Both the position numbers and the translations under genes were made by a program. A stretch of 62,839 nucleotides of DNA, the filler included, from Octopus bimaculoides (Eukaryota): assembly GCF_001194135.2 (NCBI RefSeq). It is 7 parts of 5 records of this genome, joined end to end, with 100 filler letters (N's around TTAATTAATTAA, not from the genome) between each part and the next. Parts side by side here need not be neighbours in the genome. Positions count along the whole stretch, not along the records: positions 49,808 to 55,872 come from NC_068983.1; positions 55,973 to 58,427 come from NC_068987.1; positions 58,528 to 61,032 come from NC_068995.1; positions 61,133 to 62,839 come from NC_068995.1; 3 more parts are not named here. One strand, 5' to 3'. How positions within the stretch are numbered: position 1 is the stretch's first letter; each line of letters opens with the position of its first letter. Positions 50,685-62,780 of the stretch are shown here, one piece after another. The notes beneath the pieces were generated by a model that worked only from the letters and a program-made list of their open reading frames with translations, did no database searches and was not told the origin of the DNA.

Positions 50685-51277
50685 GTGGAATGTCCCAATA
50701 AAAACCTCAATAAAGTGCAGAAATAATAGACCGGATATAGTAATCTGGGACAGAGAAGAGAAACTCTGTACAGTAGTAGAAATCAGCTGTCCTGCGGATG
50801 TCAACATCCCATTAAAGATTAGAGAAAAAGAGAACTACTCCGCCGAGCTACTGAGAAATTTACAGATACTCCACCCAGACTACAAGTTCAGATTCATACC
50901 CGTGATTGTTGGGGCATTGGGATATGTAACGAACTGCCTCAACAAAAACCTGGAAAAATTAGGGTTCTCAAAACCTGAAAGAAAAAGGCTGATTAGAAGA
51001 CTACAGATTCAAGCCATCACTGGAACTGTAAAGGTATGTAAAACTTTCCAAAAATTTAGCACATAAATACATATGCATGCATCTAGACATAAAAATGCAT
51101 CCATAAAACAAACATACAAATCTGCGCATACACTAACACCAAATACTGCACACACACACATATGCACAAATACCTAGATGATGTTGATAAAAGTTCCAAT
51201 GAAGGAGCCTTGAATCTATGTTAGAGTCCGGCTCTTTCTCTATGGACAAGAAATACAGAAATGAAACTGATTGATAA
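50685..51277 (+). mobile_element. 5'-truncated R4-clade element with intact RLE C-terminus and 3' UTR, flanked by (ACAT)n on both sides
   Basis: WNVPIKTSIKCRNNRPDIVIWDREEKLCTVVEISCPAD...KIREKENY...FIPVIVGALG...LQIQAITGTVKVCKTFQKFST* (RPD/E/K RLE motifs). ACAT tracts at 50641-50683 and 51278-51337. Confidence 0.93.
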
Positions 51278-51364
51278 CATACATACATATATACATACAT
51301 ACATACATGCATACATACATACATACATACATACATATGTTGGACCACTGAACTCAACACGTTT

Positions 51365-51475
51365 TTTTTCTCATTCTCTCTCTATTTCCTCTTCTTTTAT
51401 GTCAAAGAGCGTACACTTGAAACATAAAGACTTTTCCATTTTTTTCCCGAGCGTCAAACTAATACACCTACTTCT
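51365..51475 (+). mobile_element. Decayed copy of the hammerhead-like repeat seen at 61182 and 62369
   Basis: AAGAGCGTACACTTGAAACATAAAGACTTTTCC...CCCGAGCGTCAAACTAATACACC aligns to the reverse complement of 62430-62520. Confidence 0.7.
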
Positions 51476-51561
51476 TCTCTCAATATTTGCTTAAATCCAT
51501 CTTTTCGGAATTAGGCGAACAGGATTTTTTTCTTATTTCACCTTTTACTGGTTTCTTATAT

Positions 51562-52182
51562 TTTACTTGCTTCAGTCATTAGACTGCAGCCATACTGGAG
51601 CACCGCCTTGAAGAATTTTTAGTCGAATAAATGAGCCCAGCACTTATTATTTTCTTTTTAATTGAAACTGCTACTTATTCTGACTGTTACTGTTACCGAA
51701 CAGTTAAGTTACCAGAACAAAAGCGCACCAACACCGGTTGTCAAGCGGTGGCGAGAGGAGGCACAGGCACAAAGGTGCACACACACACACACACACNNNN
51801 NNNNNNNNNNNNNNNNNNNNNNNNNNNNNNNNNNNNNNNNNNNNNNNNNNNNNNNNNNNNNNNNNNNNNNNNNNNNNNNNNNNNNNNNNNNNNNNNNNNN
51901 NNNNNNNNNNNNNNNNNNNNNNNNNNNNNNNNNNNNNNNNNNNNNNNNNNNNNNNNNNNNNNNNNNNNNNNNNNNNNNNNNNNNNNNNNNNNNNNNNNNN
52001 NNNNNNNNNNNNNNNNNNNNNNNNNNNNNNNNNNNNNNNNNNNNNNNNNNNNNNNNNNNNNNNNNNNNNNNNNNNNNNNNNNNNNNNNNNNNNNNNNNNN
52101 NNNNNNNNNNNNNNNNNNNNNNNNNNNNNNNNNNNNNNNNNNNNNNNNNNNNNNNNNNNNNNNNNNNNNNNNNNNNNNNNNN

Positions 52183-52230
<48 letters not shown>

Positions 52231-52389
52231 AACACACATAGACACACACACACACACACACGACCTTTTCCGTTTCCGCCAACCAAATCTATTCCAGGGA
52301 GTTCGGTTTGGCGCAAGGACACTTACCCAAATGCCACGCAGTGGGACTGAACACGGTATCATATTGTTGGGAAGCAAAGTCACACCTGT
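51562..52389 (-). mobile_element. SINE family C, near full length, internal microsatellite partly in an N gap
   Basis: Tail GGCGGTGCTCCAGTATGGCTGCAGTCTAATGACTGAAGCAAGTAAAA and head with GCATTTGGGTAAGTGTCCTT on the minus strand. Confidence 0.85.
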
Positions 52390-52529
52390 TGGGTTTCTGG
52401 CCCCATCAAACATAGTGTATAGGTGAGTATGGCGTTCTGGTTGATCACGATAACTCTTGGTGAATTTTTGGAGCTTAGAATTTTTGGAGCTTAGAATTTT
52501 TGGAGAATACGTATAGATTTTTATTGTAA

Positions 52530-53150
52530 TACTTCCGGTGATATTTACAATGTAATTTATGTAAATAATAAACCGAAGAGGCCCTGACAGGGAATCCTGA
52601 GTCTCACCACTAATAACTTTTGAGGTCTTGGATGATTTCTGTCGATCGTAACATGCTGTGTTCTGTTTGTCGGAAAATATTTAATCCGATACAGCAGTTT
52701 CCTCTGCACGCTTCATAATTGGATAGCTACTTCAGGAGAATGCTTTGGTATACTCGAAAATTTTATGGAAATCCAAGTAAATGAGATCTTTTGCAGATCA
52801 TTTAAAATATTACCAAATTAGTAAAGAAGATGTTTGGTAAGCTCTGCTATCTGGAAAACCACGTGGCTGTGGATATAGTAGATTTCTCACTAGGCTAGCA
52901 GATATTGTTGATTTTACAATCCTCTCGAATTCTTTAATCATATGAGTTGAGTGAGTTCAGACGATGATTCACAGAGAGTGACTTAACTCCCTTCTCAAGG
53001 TGGAGATGTCAGGCTGGTACAGAAATTGTTCATATATAAAACCTTCAGTCCGTTGAGATACTGCAGAGATTAACAAAAGTAGATGAAAATTGATATCTAT
53101 ATTCCTTCAAGACATAGCGGGAAAATTTGCTGAAACCAGTGCTAAATGAA
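52530..53150 (-). mobile_element. Decayed CR1-clade reverse transcriptase fragment
   Basis: Frameshifted IKEFERIV...QPRGFPDSRAYQ, LIYLDFHKIFE, KLLYRIKYF and VISGETQDSLSGPLRFIIYINYI correspond to QHGF, IYLDFxKAFD and SGVPQGSVLGPLLFxxYINDI. Confidence 0.85.
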
Positions 53151-53213
53151 ATTTAATGCTAATCGACGCATATTGCTTATATATATATATATATGCTGAT
53201 TATAACTATCTAC

Positions 53214-53245
<32 letters not shown>

Positions 53246-53328
53246 ATAATGTGCACGCGCATGTATATTTATTTATATATATATACATAAATATATACAT
53301 ACTCACAGCAACACATAAGTATATACGT

Positions 53329-53380
<52 letters not shown>

Positions 53381-53430
53381 TCATGTTTGTTTTGATACAT
53401 AATGACCTTAGTATTACCATTAGGTGTTTA

Positions 53431-54700
53431 GGCATAACTACAGGGTTTTACCCCCCAGACTTTGGGAGGTCATAACTTTCAGAAAAAATGAATATTTTTT
53501 AATGAAATTTTCTATGCATATAGTATTTACTATGTAGAATCCGAATATACAAACATNNNNNNNNNNNNNNNNNNNNNNNNNNNNNNNNNNNNNNNNNNNN
53601 NNNNNNNNNNNNNNNNNNNNNNNNNNNNNNNNNNNNNNNNNNNNNNNNNNNNNNNNNNNNNNNNNNNNNNNNNNNNNNNNNNNNNNNNNNNNNNNNNNNN
53701 NNNNNNNNNNNNNNNNNNNNNNNNNNNNNNNNNNNNNNNNNNNNNNNNNNNNNNNNNNNNNNNNNNNNNNNNNNNNNNNNNNNNNNNNNNNNNNNNNNNN
53801 NNNNNNNNNNNNNNNNNNNNNNNNNNNNNNNNNNNNNNNNNNNNNNNNNNNNNNNNNNNNNNNNNNNNNNNNNNNNNNNNNNNNNNNNNNNNNNNNNNNN
53901 NNNNNNNNNNNNNNNNNNNNNNNNNNNNNNNNNNNNNNNNNNNNNNNNNNNNNNNNNNNNNNNNNNNNNNNNNNNNNNNNNNNNNNNNNNNNNNNNNNNN
54001 NNNNNNNNNNNNNNNNNNNNNNNNNNNNNNNNNNNNNNNNNNNNNNNNNNNNNNNNNNNNNNNNNNNNNNNNNNNNNNNNNNNNNNNNNNNNNNNNNNNN
54101 NNNNNNNNNNNNNNNNNNNNNNNNNNNNNNNNNNNNNNNNNNNNNNNNNNNNNNNNNNNNNNNNNNNNNNNNNNNNNNNNNNNNNNNNNNNNNNNNNNNN
54201 NNNNNNNNNNNNNNNNNNNNNNNNNNNNNNNNNNNNNNNNNNNNNNNNNNNNNNNNNNNNNNNNNNNNNNNNNNNNNNNNNNNNNNNNNNNNNNNNNNNN
54301 NNNNNNNNNNNNNNNNNNNNNNNNNAGAAAAATGAAACAAATATGGACGACTTGCTCCGAAACACCACCGAGTGGGGAACGCTTCTCAAAAATAACCTGC
54401 AGTTGTTTCCTTCAAAATTCCTACATGCTCGAAATGTACATACATCAAGGTATATTTGTAGAAAATTTCACGAAAAAATATTAATTTTCCTGGAAGTTAA
54501 GAAGAATTTAAGTGAACTCTGTTGGAATTTCCGAAAATTGTCCCCCACCCCCATTCCAAAACACTTTCACCGGAAATGTTTGTATATTCGGATTCTACAT
54601 AGTAAATACTATATGCATAGAAAATTTCATTAAGAAATATTCATTTTTCTGAAAGTTATGACCTCCCAAAGTCTGGGGGGTAAAACCCTGTAGTTATGCC
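53431..54700. mobile_element. Young DNA transposon or MITE with TIRs of at least 126 bp and an 8-bp TSD
   Basis: TIR GGCATAACTACAGGGTTTTACCCCCCAGACTTTGGGAGG...; arms differ by one substitution and one 1-bp indel. Flanks are GGTGTTTA (53423-53430) and GGTGATTA (54701-54708). The centre is an N gap. Confidence 0.9.
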
Positions 54701-54777
54701 GGTGATTAAGTATACATATATAATTCCGTACACACACGTATGTGTATACTAGACACGATGAACAGCTAATATATTAA

Positions 54778-55100
54778 CTGCTTACCAACGACATGGTTCC
54801 GGATTCAGTCTCACTGCATGGCAATTTGGCAAGTGTCTTCTACTATAGCCTCGGGCCGACCAGAGCCTTGAGAGTGGATTTGGTAGACAGAAACTGAAAG
54901 AAACCCGTCGTATATATTTACATGTATGTATATGTTTGTGTGTCCTGTGTTTGTCCTCCACACATCGCTTGGCAATCCAAGTTCGTGTGTTTAGGTCCCC
55001 GTAACTTACAGAGAATAAGTCCTGGGGTTGATTTGTTCGACTAAATGCGGTGCTCCAGCATGGCCGCAGTCAAATGACTGAAACAACTAAAATCAATAAA
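54778..55100 (+). mobile_element. SINE family C (5' end and part of the body missing)
   Basis: CTTACCAACGACATGGTTCCGGATTCAGTC...GGCAAGTGTCTTC...GCGGTGCTCCAGCATGGCCGCAGTCAAATGACTGAAAC. Confidence 0.88.
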
Positions 55101-55440
55101 CTTCATATGTAAAAGGAGCAAACTCAATTTTGATTCAAGGGGAACAACTAATTTTTTTTGTTTCAATTTTTGTTGTTTTGTAGTCCAAGGGAAATAATTA
55201 TTTATAAACTTGTGAATATTACGTTGNNNNNNNNNNNNNNNNNNNNNNNNNNNNNNNNNNNNNNNNNNNNNNNNNNNNNNNNNNNNNNNNNNNNNNNNNN
55301 NNNNNNNNNNNNNNNNNNNNNNNNNNNNNNNNNNNNNNNNNNNNNNNNNNNNNNNNNNNNNNNNNNNNNNNNNNNNNNNNNNNNNNNNNNNNNNNNNNNN
55401 NNNNNNNNNNNNNNNNNNNNNNNNNNNNNNNNNNNNNNNN

Positions 55441-55494
<54 letters not shown>

Positions 55495-55773
55495 CACGAT
55501 TAAATGAATATGAGTAAGACAGGGGATAAAGTACGATTTATTCGTGATCAGAGTCGTTCGGAAATCGAAGTTCTACTGTATTTGAAAATATAATAATTAC
55601 ACACACATTTGCACACACGAACACAAACCCGCGCACACACGTACACAATCACACACACACAATCACACACAATCACACACACACAATAACACACACACAA
55701 ACACGCGCACGCACACGCAAACAAACCACCGCACGTACACACAGTCTCACGCACACACATACACACAATCACA

Positions 55774-55812
<39 letters not shown>

Positions 55813-58363
55813 ACACACAGCAAACAAACACGCATACACGCAAAAAACATACACACAATTACACACAGACACNNNNNNNNNNNNNNNNNNNNNNNNNNNN
55901 NNNNNNNNNNNNNNNNTTAATTAATTAANNNNNNNNNNNNNNNNNNNNNNNNNNNNNNNNNNNNNNNNNNNNATATATATATATGCTTAGTATATCAAGG
56001 GCTTGACAACCTAAAGTATCCGTTTCAAGAGAGAAAGCTGAGATGAGATGAAGAGTTGACTGCTATTTCTAGCAGATGTAGTGGCTTCGTAAAAGCTGCC
56101 TCACCGGCTTGTATGGCTAGATAGAGTTGGTATAGTTAAAATCAGCTCTCGTCAGTCTCTGGTAATATCTAAATTCTACCAAAATGTTAATGCCACTATT
56201 AGCTGTCTTTGCTGAGTCCCAATACTATACTTGATTGCAAAGAGCAACAGCTGTATAATATGCTCACAAGTAGGTAGTCTGCATCATTGAAAGGGAGATA
56301 AGTTTAGTGACAGACATAAAAATGCATTTTAATGGGACCTCGTCAAACTGACTCTCTCGGAAGACAGATACACGAATCGTGCATTTCGTATATTCTTCTA
56401 ACGATCAATCATACAACGCCAAATTGAAGTAAAGCTTTCAAATTTGTCAGCACGTAAATTTTATTCAATTATTCTTTAAATCAAATTCGATTATATTACG
56501 CTTAATGTCATTTGATCCTGCTTTTATGAGCATATATAACCTCAAAAGTGTAGTGAAATATTTAAACCTTTATATTCATCTGCTCACTTGTTTGAAAACA
56601 TTTGTCAAATCAGATAGCTTTAAAGGGAATTACAGACAAATAATCTCAATTTGCTTTGTTCATTTAGAAATGGACTTTTGAAATAAACGTAAATTTACTA
56701 GCCTACGGGCACCATAACATACCTAACCTAACCACTTTCACTCACAAGAATTGATTGCTTGAATTTGTATTTCCATTTTCTATGGTTTTGAATTGATGGA
56801 GGACAAGCATATCCTGCATAGGATACCAATTTATCACATTGGAGTAATGTAACAAGAATAGTGGGGTTCTGTTACTGAAGCTAAATGGTATAGCCGAATG
56901 CACTACATAATGCCGGCAATTATATTTGATCAGACGGCAACTCAGCTCGTTTAATAATCACTAGGCCATTCAACTAATGATAAAATGTACTTTTTAAGCT
57001 TGCTATAAAAGGCATACAACCAATCAAAGATTGGACACTGTCTCCTCATATACCAAAATGTCTTCATAGATATGTTGTGTTAAAAAAACACATTATAAAT
57101 TGTTCTTGTAAGTTGCTGCAGTAACTCCATAAGAACGACAGACGCTCTGATATATCGTGTTTTTTTTTTACCCAATAGTTTGTAACGAGATTATTATCTC
57201 AGACAATTCCACGACATCATGGGGATTTTTAAAGTGAAAGATTTCCAATCAGATACTGAAAAGGCATGGAAACCTCATATTCAAACCAAATTGTATATTT
57301 CTTTCATAGGCTAAAATGAAAGAAATAATTTATATGGAATAGTTATTTTGGTTTGCATCAAGGAAACGTCATGTATAAATACTTATTTTATCTTCCACCG
57401 AGTAGAGCAAGACCAGATTCAAAATCATTAGGTATTGAACTTAAACATAGCTGAGCTGAAACTTGTTTACTCAGGTGATACTCAATTTCTATCATATTGG
57501 TGCCATTTAACAGCAATTAATGTCGACGACAGCAGTAATAGTACAATTAACATTTCATTAGATGCTAAAATTGTTTCTACCCTTATTGAAAAAGAAAAGA
57601 ACAAATTGATTGTTCAGTAGATTAATTCCAACTCATTCCTTATCAACAAACAACAACATCAATCAATTTTGAATATCTTTCTCTACTCCTTCTTTCATCA
57701 TCTCCTTTATCTCCACCACAAAATTCTTCTCTTCCTCCTTTTAGTCTGTAACACTCTCTTTCAATACCGTTATCATGATCATCACCGACATCACCATCAT
57801 ATACATCAAAAACAAGAAAATACAAAAGATACGAGTAAAAACTGCAAGAACGAAACAGTGTGAAAAGCACCTCACCTCAACCAAAAAAAAAATCAATCAA
57901 CTCTCACTCTTTCCACACACACACACACATACACACGCATACGCGCACGCACACACACGCACGCACGCACACACACACACACACACACACATACACACGC
58001 ACACACATACACACACCACGTTCATGCATACACACATATGTGTGTGTGTGTGACCATTCATCTATAAAGTTGTTTCGAATCAGAACCAAAATGGCCGTTA
58101 TCAATTTATATCACTTAAAATACAAACCTAAAATTTCAATGTTATCTGATATCAATATTCTGTTTAGCAGCCAAAAGTTCGAATTTGTAAATTTTAACAG
58201 TATTTTTGCTTTCTTTCCAGAAGACAATAATTGTTTTAAAGTATAAAATAGAATAAAACCGTCTCTATTCACAAAACGAACACCATATCAACCGCAATTG
58301 TTAGAATCATTAGCGCCTGCCTCTTCTTGCTGCTCCGCCTTTTCCTCTTCCTCATTATCATCC

Positions 58364-58427
<64 letters not shown>

Positions 58428-58764
58428 NNNNNNNNNNNNNNNNNNNNNNNNNNNNNNNNNNNNNNNNNNNNTTAATTAATTAANNNNNNNNNNNNNNNNN
58501 NNNNNNNNNNNNNNNNNNNNNNNNNNNTTGCACTTATTAAAAAATAAAAATTTACTGGATAATTTTCCCAAATGGTTAGAATTTTCTTGTAATGGTTTTT
58601 TTTCTCTTTCTGTGTATCTGTTAGAGAACGAACAGCTGAGAATTTTCTTCTGTTTCTCTTTTTTTAGGTGAGAGAAAAAAAACTTAATATTTTGCCGTAT
58701 GATAATTTTAGTCGTAGGGAAAGTACCACATTTAAAAAATGATAAAGAGAACTTCTAATTCCTA

Positions 58765-58925
58765 ACCTAGGAACAAGAAACAAGGGGGGGGGGTTAACAT
58801 TTGATTACATCGACCCCAGTGTTTAATTGCTACTTTACTTTATCGACGTCAGTAAGATAGCAAACGAAGTCGGCAGGATTTGAAATAAGAAAAATTTGAC
58901 AATTGAACCGACAGTAATTTTGACA
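58765..58925 (-). mobile_element. Decayed SINE family M
   Basis: GATTACATCGACCCCAGTGTTTAATTGCTACTTTACTTTATCGAC is the reverse complement of the M core. Confidence 0.7.
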
Positions 58926-60188
58926 AACACAAGTATGAAAGAAGAAGAGTAGTAGTATTAATACCAGTAATAGCGTTAATACCAAGAGCAACAACAGTAG
59001 CAACAGTATCAAGACAAGAACATTCGGGGAACTTGAAAGAATATGTCTCGAAGACGTTGGAGTGTTTCAACTCCGACTGTCTCAAAAAATGCTTACTGGT
59101 GCATTTCGTTGCACTCGTACACAATTTAAGAACACGATTAATAAGCAGGGTCATGGAGTGCCCAAACCCAGCCTAACAAGTAATCTTTCATGTTTTGTTC
59201 CATTTACTCATATCCTATGTTTATTACTGTGACGTAACTTGCTTTTTTTTATTTATTTAATTTCGCGTAAATATATGTACTTTAAAAATTTTAATACATC
59301 CATTCATACATGGTATAACGTTTTTTACCCTTCTCTTCTCTTCCCTATTATTTGTATCAATGCAAGCCCTTATAAAGAAAGGTTTATTATTATTATTATA
59401 TTAATTCTGTTTATCTTATGGCTGTGATTGAACCAATACAGTACACAACATGCATACGCACACACATACATATATACAAGTGTATGCACACATATACAAA
59501 AATACATAGACACATACATACGTATGTATATGTACAGCTATTCATTCTGTACTCAGGAATATATTATTCGATATAATCTTCCACTTTTTAAGAGAGTTCA
59601 CCACGATTTCAGGCAGAATAGGCTGCTGTTAGAAGCAGATAAAACGAGCAGATATTGCCTTTACGTTGACTGCATAAATTGGATGGATTTTCAAGGATAA
59701 TAACTGACGTCTTTTTCCCCTTCTTTAATGCTGTTTGCTCTAATAAGAGAGCCACATTCAATCTAGTCCTCTTCGTCATCCACTTGTAAGGTCAATCAAG
59801 TAACATGTCACTCCAAGCAAGACACCAAATGATTAAGATACTCACAATGACTTTGTGTTGCCTGTAATGCAGTCGGTTAAGAAATTGGCTTTGGCATTTA
59901 TAACAATAAACCAAGAAATAAATCTAATAGAGATGTATTGTATAGGTAAATGAGTCACGGATCAGGAAGATGTAGGCTGGCAGTATATTATATTACAGCA
60001 AATAGCGAGAAATGTATACGACTAAAAGAAATTGATAAAGGTGTGGTACACACGCACACACGCATACATACACATACATATGCACACATAAACGTACATA
60101 TATACATATACATATATAGTTACATACATACGTATTTATATGCATGTGTATCTGTATATATATACACACTTGCACTATAGATAGATAA

Positions 60189-60220
<32 letters not shown>

Positions 60221-60271
60221 TTAGATACATACATACATACATACGTATATACATACATACATACATACACG

Positions 60272-60302
<31 letters not shown>

Positions 60303-60589
60303 GTATATATATACACTCATGTATATAGGCATACACACGCATTTATATGAGTATAAATATATATACAATGACACGCAGATACACACCTGTACACATACGT
60401 ATGTACGTGAATAGATAAAAATAAAGTGTCACATACATTTAGTTGATTGTGGCCTGTTACGCTGTTCCGGTTTAAATAAGATATTGCACTTTAATTTCAA
60501 ATTGAGTACTTCTTCACCTGATCGGTTTGTGTACATACATACATTCATACATACATATATGTGTGTGTGTGTGTTTATATATATATGTG

Positions 60590-60635
<46 letters not shown>

Positions 60636-60695
60636 TACGAGTGCATGGACAAATGTTAGAAGGGCATTCAACACATTTATTGGGAGTTACATGTA

Positions 60696-61032
60696 TGGAT
60701 GAAAACAGTTTTATTCAAATTCGTTGGTAATCTTCAGTTTCTAGCGTGATGTTAGTTTTCAGTAATTTTGAAAATGGCTCAAGATTAACATCACGTTTGA
60801 AACTCGGACTACCAACGAATTTCAATGAAACTGTTTTGATCCATGTATATATGATATATACATATATATATATGAAATATATATATATATATTATATATA
60901 TATAATATATATATATATATGGATCAAAATAGTTTCATTGAAATTCGTTGGTAGGCCGAGTTTTAAGCGTGATGCTAATCTTCAGCCGTTTTCAAAATGA
61001 CTGAAAATTAACAATCGAACTGTTTTCATCCA
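60696..61032. mobile_element. Two tandem copies of a palindromic MITE (60696-60843 and 60920-61032) separated by (TA)n
   Basis: Each copy begins TGGATSAAAAYAGTTT and ends AACTGTTTTSATCCA, sharing the internal GAAATTCGTTGGTA...GCGTGATG block. Confidence 0.82.
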
Positions 61033-61132
61033 NNNNNNNNNNNNNNNNNNNNNNNNNNNNNNNNNNNNNNNNNNNNTTAATTAATTAANNNNNNNNNNNN
61101 NNNNNNNNNNNNNNNNNNNNNNNNNNNNNNNN

Positions 61133-61177
<45 letters not shown>

Positions 61178-61270
61178 GAGAGTTAGAATTTACAAAACAA
61201 AACAAAAGACGAAGACGGGTGTGTAAACAACAAACAGATGCATTAGTTTAATACTCGGGAAGTGAGAATG

Positions 61271-61307
61271 TCTTTACGTTTCGAGGTTAAGCTCTTCAAC
61301 AGAAAGG
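61271..61307 (-). ncRNA. Variant hammerhead-like motif
   Basis: CUGUUGA-A-GAGC(UUAA)CCUC-GAAAC-GUA/AAGA; A6 is replaced by U and stem II has one mismatch. Confidence 0.4.
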
Positions 61308-62480
61308 AACACAGAAATAAGCAGAGAGAGGAAAAAATAGTTTAGTAGCTAACGATCAATCATGGCAAATGCTGGACAGAGGTGATTAGACAGGAGAGCT
61401 AAGAAGATGGGTGATAAAAAAAGAAGTGATCCCAAGACGAAGGTGCGTGTGCATGTGTATGTGAGAGCGTCTATGTGCGTGTGGATAGGGGCTGGTGACC
61501 TTGACGTGTGCGATTGTGCATGAGTAGGTGTGTGGATGATGGTGTGGTTGCTGGGAAGTGGTCAGTGCTAGTGTGTGCGGGATGGTGTGATGTGGTGTGC
61601 TGTGGTATGGTGATGTGTGGTGTAGTGGTGTGTGGCATGGTAAGATGTGGCGTGGTGGTGTATAGTGTGGTGTGGTGGTGTGTAGTGTGAATGAGGCGAT
61701 GATGAAGGCAGCGACTGAGAAAGGAACCGTGGCTAGAGAAGCGTGTTTTTTTTAATTAGTAGGGAAATGTTAATAGAAGGTTGAAAGCAGCGGAAAGGAA
61801 GTGTGGAAAGGTTTATTTTAGGCGGTGGTGATAGTGGAGGAGGAAAGGTTTGTAATCGGGCATGACTGAAAAATGAGATAAAAACGTGTGTGGGTGGGAG
61901 AGGAAGGCAAATGGAGACGTGAGGAGGAAAAATTCAAAAGGTGTGAGGAGAAAAATACAAGAGGTGAGAGAAGAAAACATAAAAACAAGGAGAGAAGAAA
62001 CAGAGAGGAAATAAGAAGAAAGAAAGAAGAGAAGATAAAAGGGAAAAAGAAGTGGAGGGAGAGAGAGACAAAGTAACAATGTGTGGGTTGAGAGAAAACA
62101 GACTAAGAAGAAGCGACAATGGGAAAAAAGCAGAATGTACAAAAAAAGCTCACAAAAGTTCAAAAGGTTGAAACGTGGTATATTGGAGCGTTTTCTCATC
62201 AACGGAAGAGTCCAGTGTAATCCATGTGAAAACCAGGTGGAAGTCCGAAGTGAAAGAGAGTAAACAATCCAGGTAGAATAGTCCGGAGTGTAGAAGGTAT
62301 AGAAAATCGAAGTGTATGAGGTAGAGACAGGATGAGACTGGTGCGACCACGTGAGCGTGCAATATGTAGTTGGAATTTACAAAAGAAAAAAACAAAAAAA
62401 AAACAAAAGAAACAAAGGACGAAGACGGCTGTGTAGACAACAAACAGATGTATTAGTTTAACGCCCGGGAAGTGAGAAAG

Positions 62481-62517
62481 TCTTTACGTTTCGAGCCTAA
62501 GCTCTTCAAAAGAAAGG
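62481..62517 (-). ncRNA. Variant hammerhead-like motif
   Basis: CUUUUGA-A-GAGC(UUAG)GCUC-GAAAC-GUA/AAGA; stem II is perfect but G5 and A6 are altered. Confidence 0.35.
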
Positions 62518-62780
62518 AACACAGAAATAAGCAGAGAGAGAAAATAAAAAAAAGGTTACGTGGCTAGCGATCAATCATGGCGAATGCCGATCAAAAGTGG
62601 TCAGGCAGGAGAGCTAGGAGGAAGGAGAGATAAAAAAGTAGTGGTGATCCCAAAATGAAGGTGCGCGTGTGTGTGTTTGTGCATGTATGTGCGTGTGGAA
62701 GAGGGCTGATAATTGACGTGTGCGCGTGTGCACGAGTAGGTGTGTGGATGATGGTGTGGGTGCTGGGAAGTGGTCAGTGC

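Noticed and set aside
52463-52506. 16-bp tandem repeat (GAATTTTTGGAGCTTA, about 2.7 copies) and similar short repeats at 12301-12357 and 17820-17866
   Set aside because: Ordinary slippage duplications with no spacers; not CRISPR-like.
56120-56160. Minus-strand CTGACGA followed by a GAGCTG/CAACTC hairpin
   Set aside because: No GAAA follows the hairpin.
59020-59160. Possible extreme 3' end of an R4/Dong ORF (NLKEYV...TRLISRVME)
   Set aside because: Too degenerate; only vague similarity.
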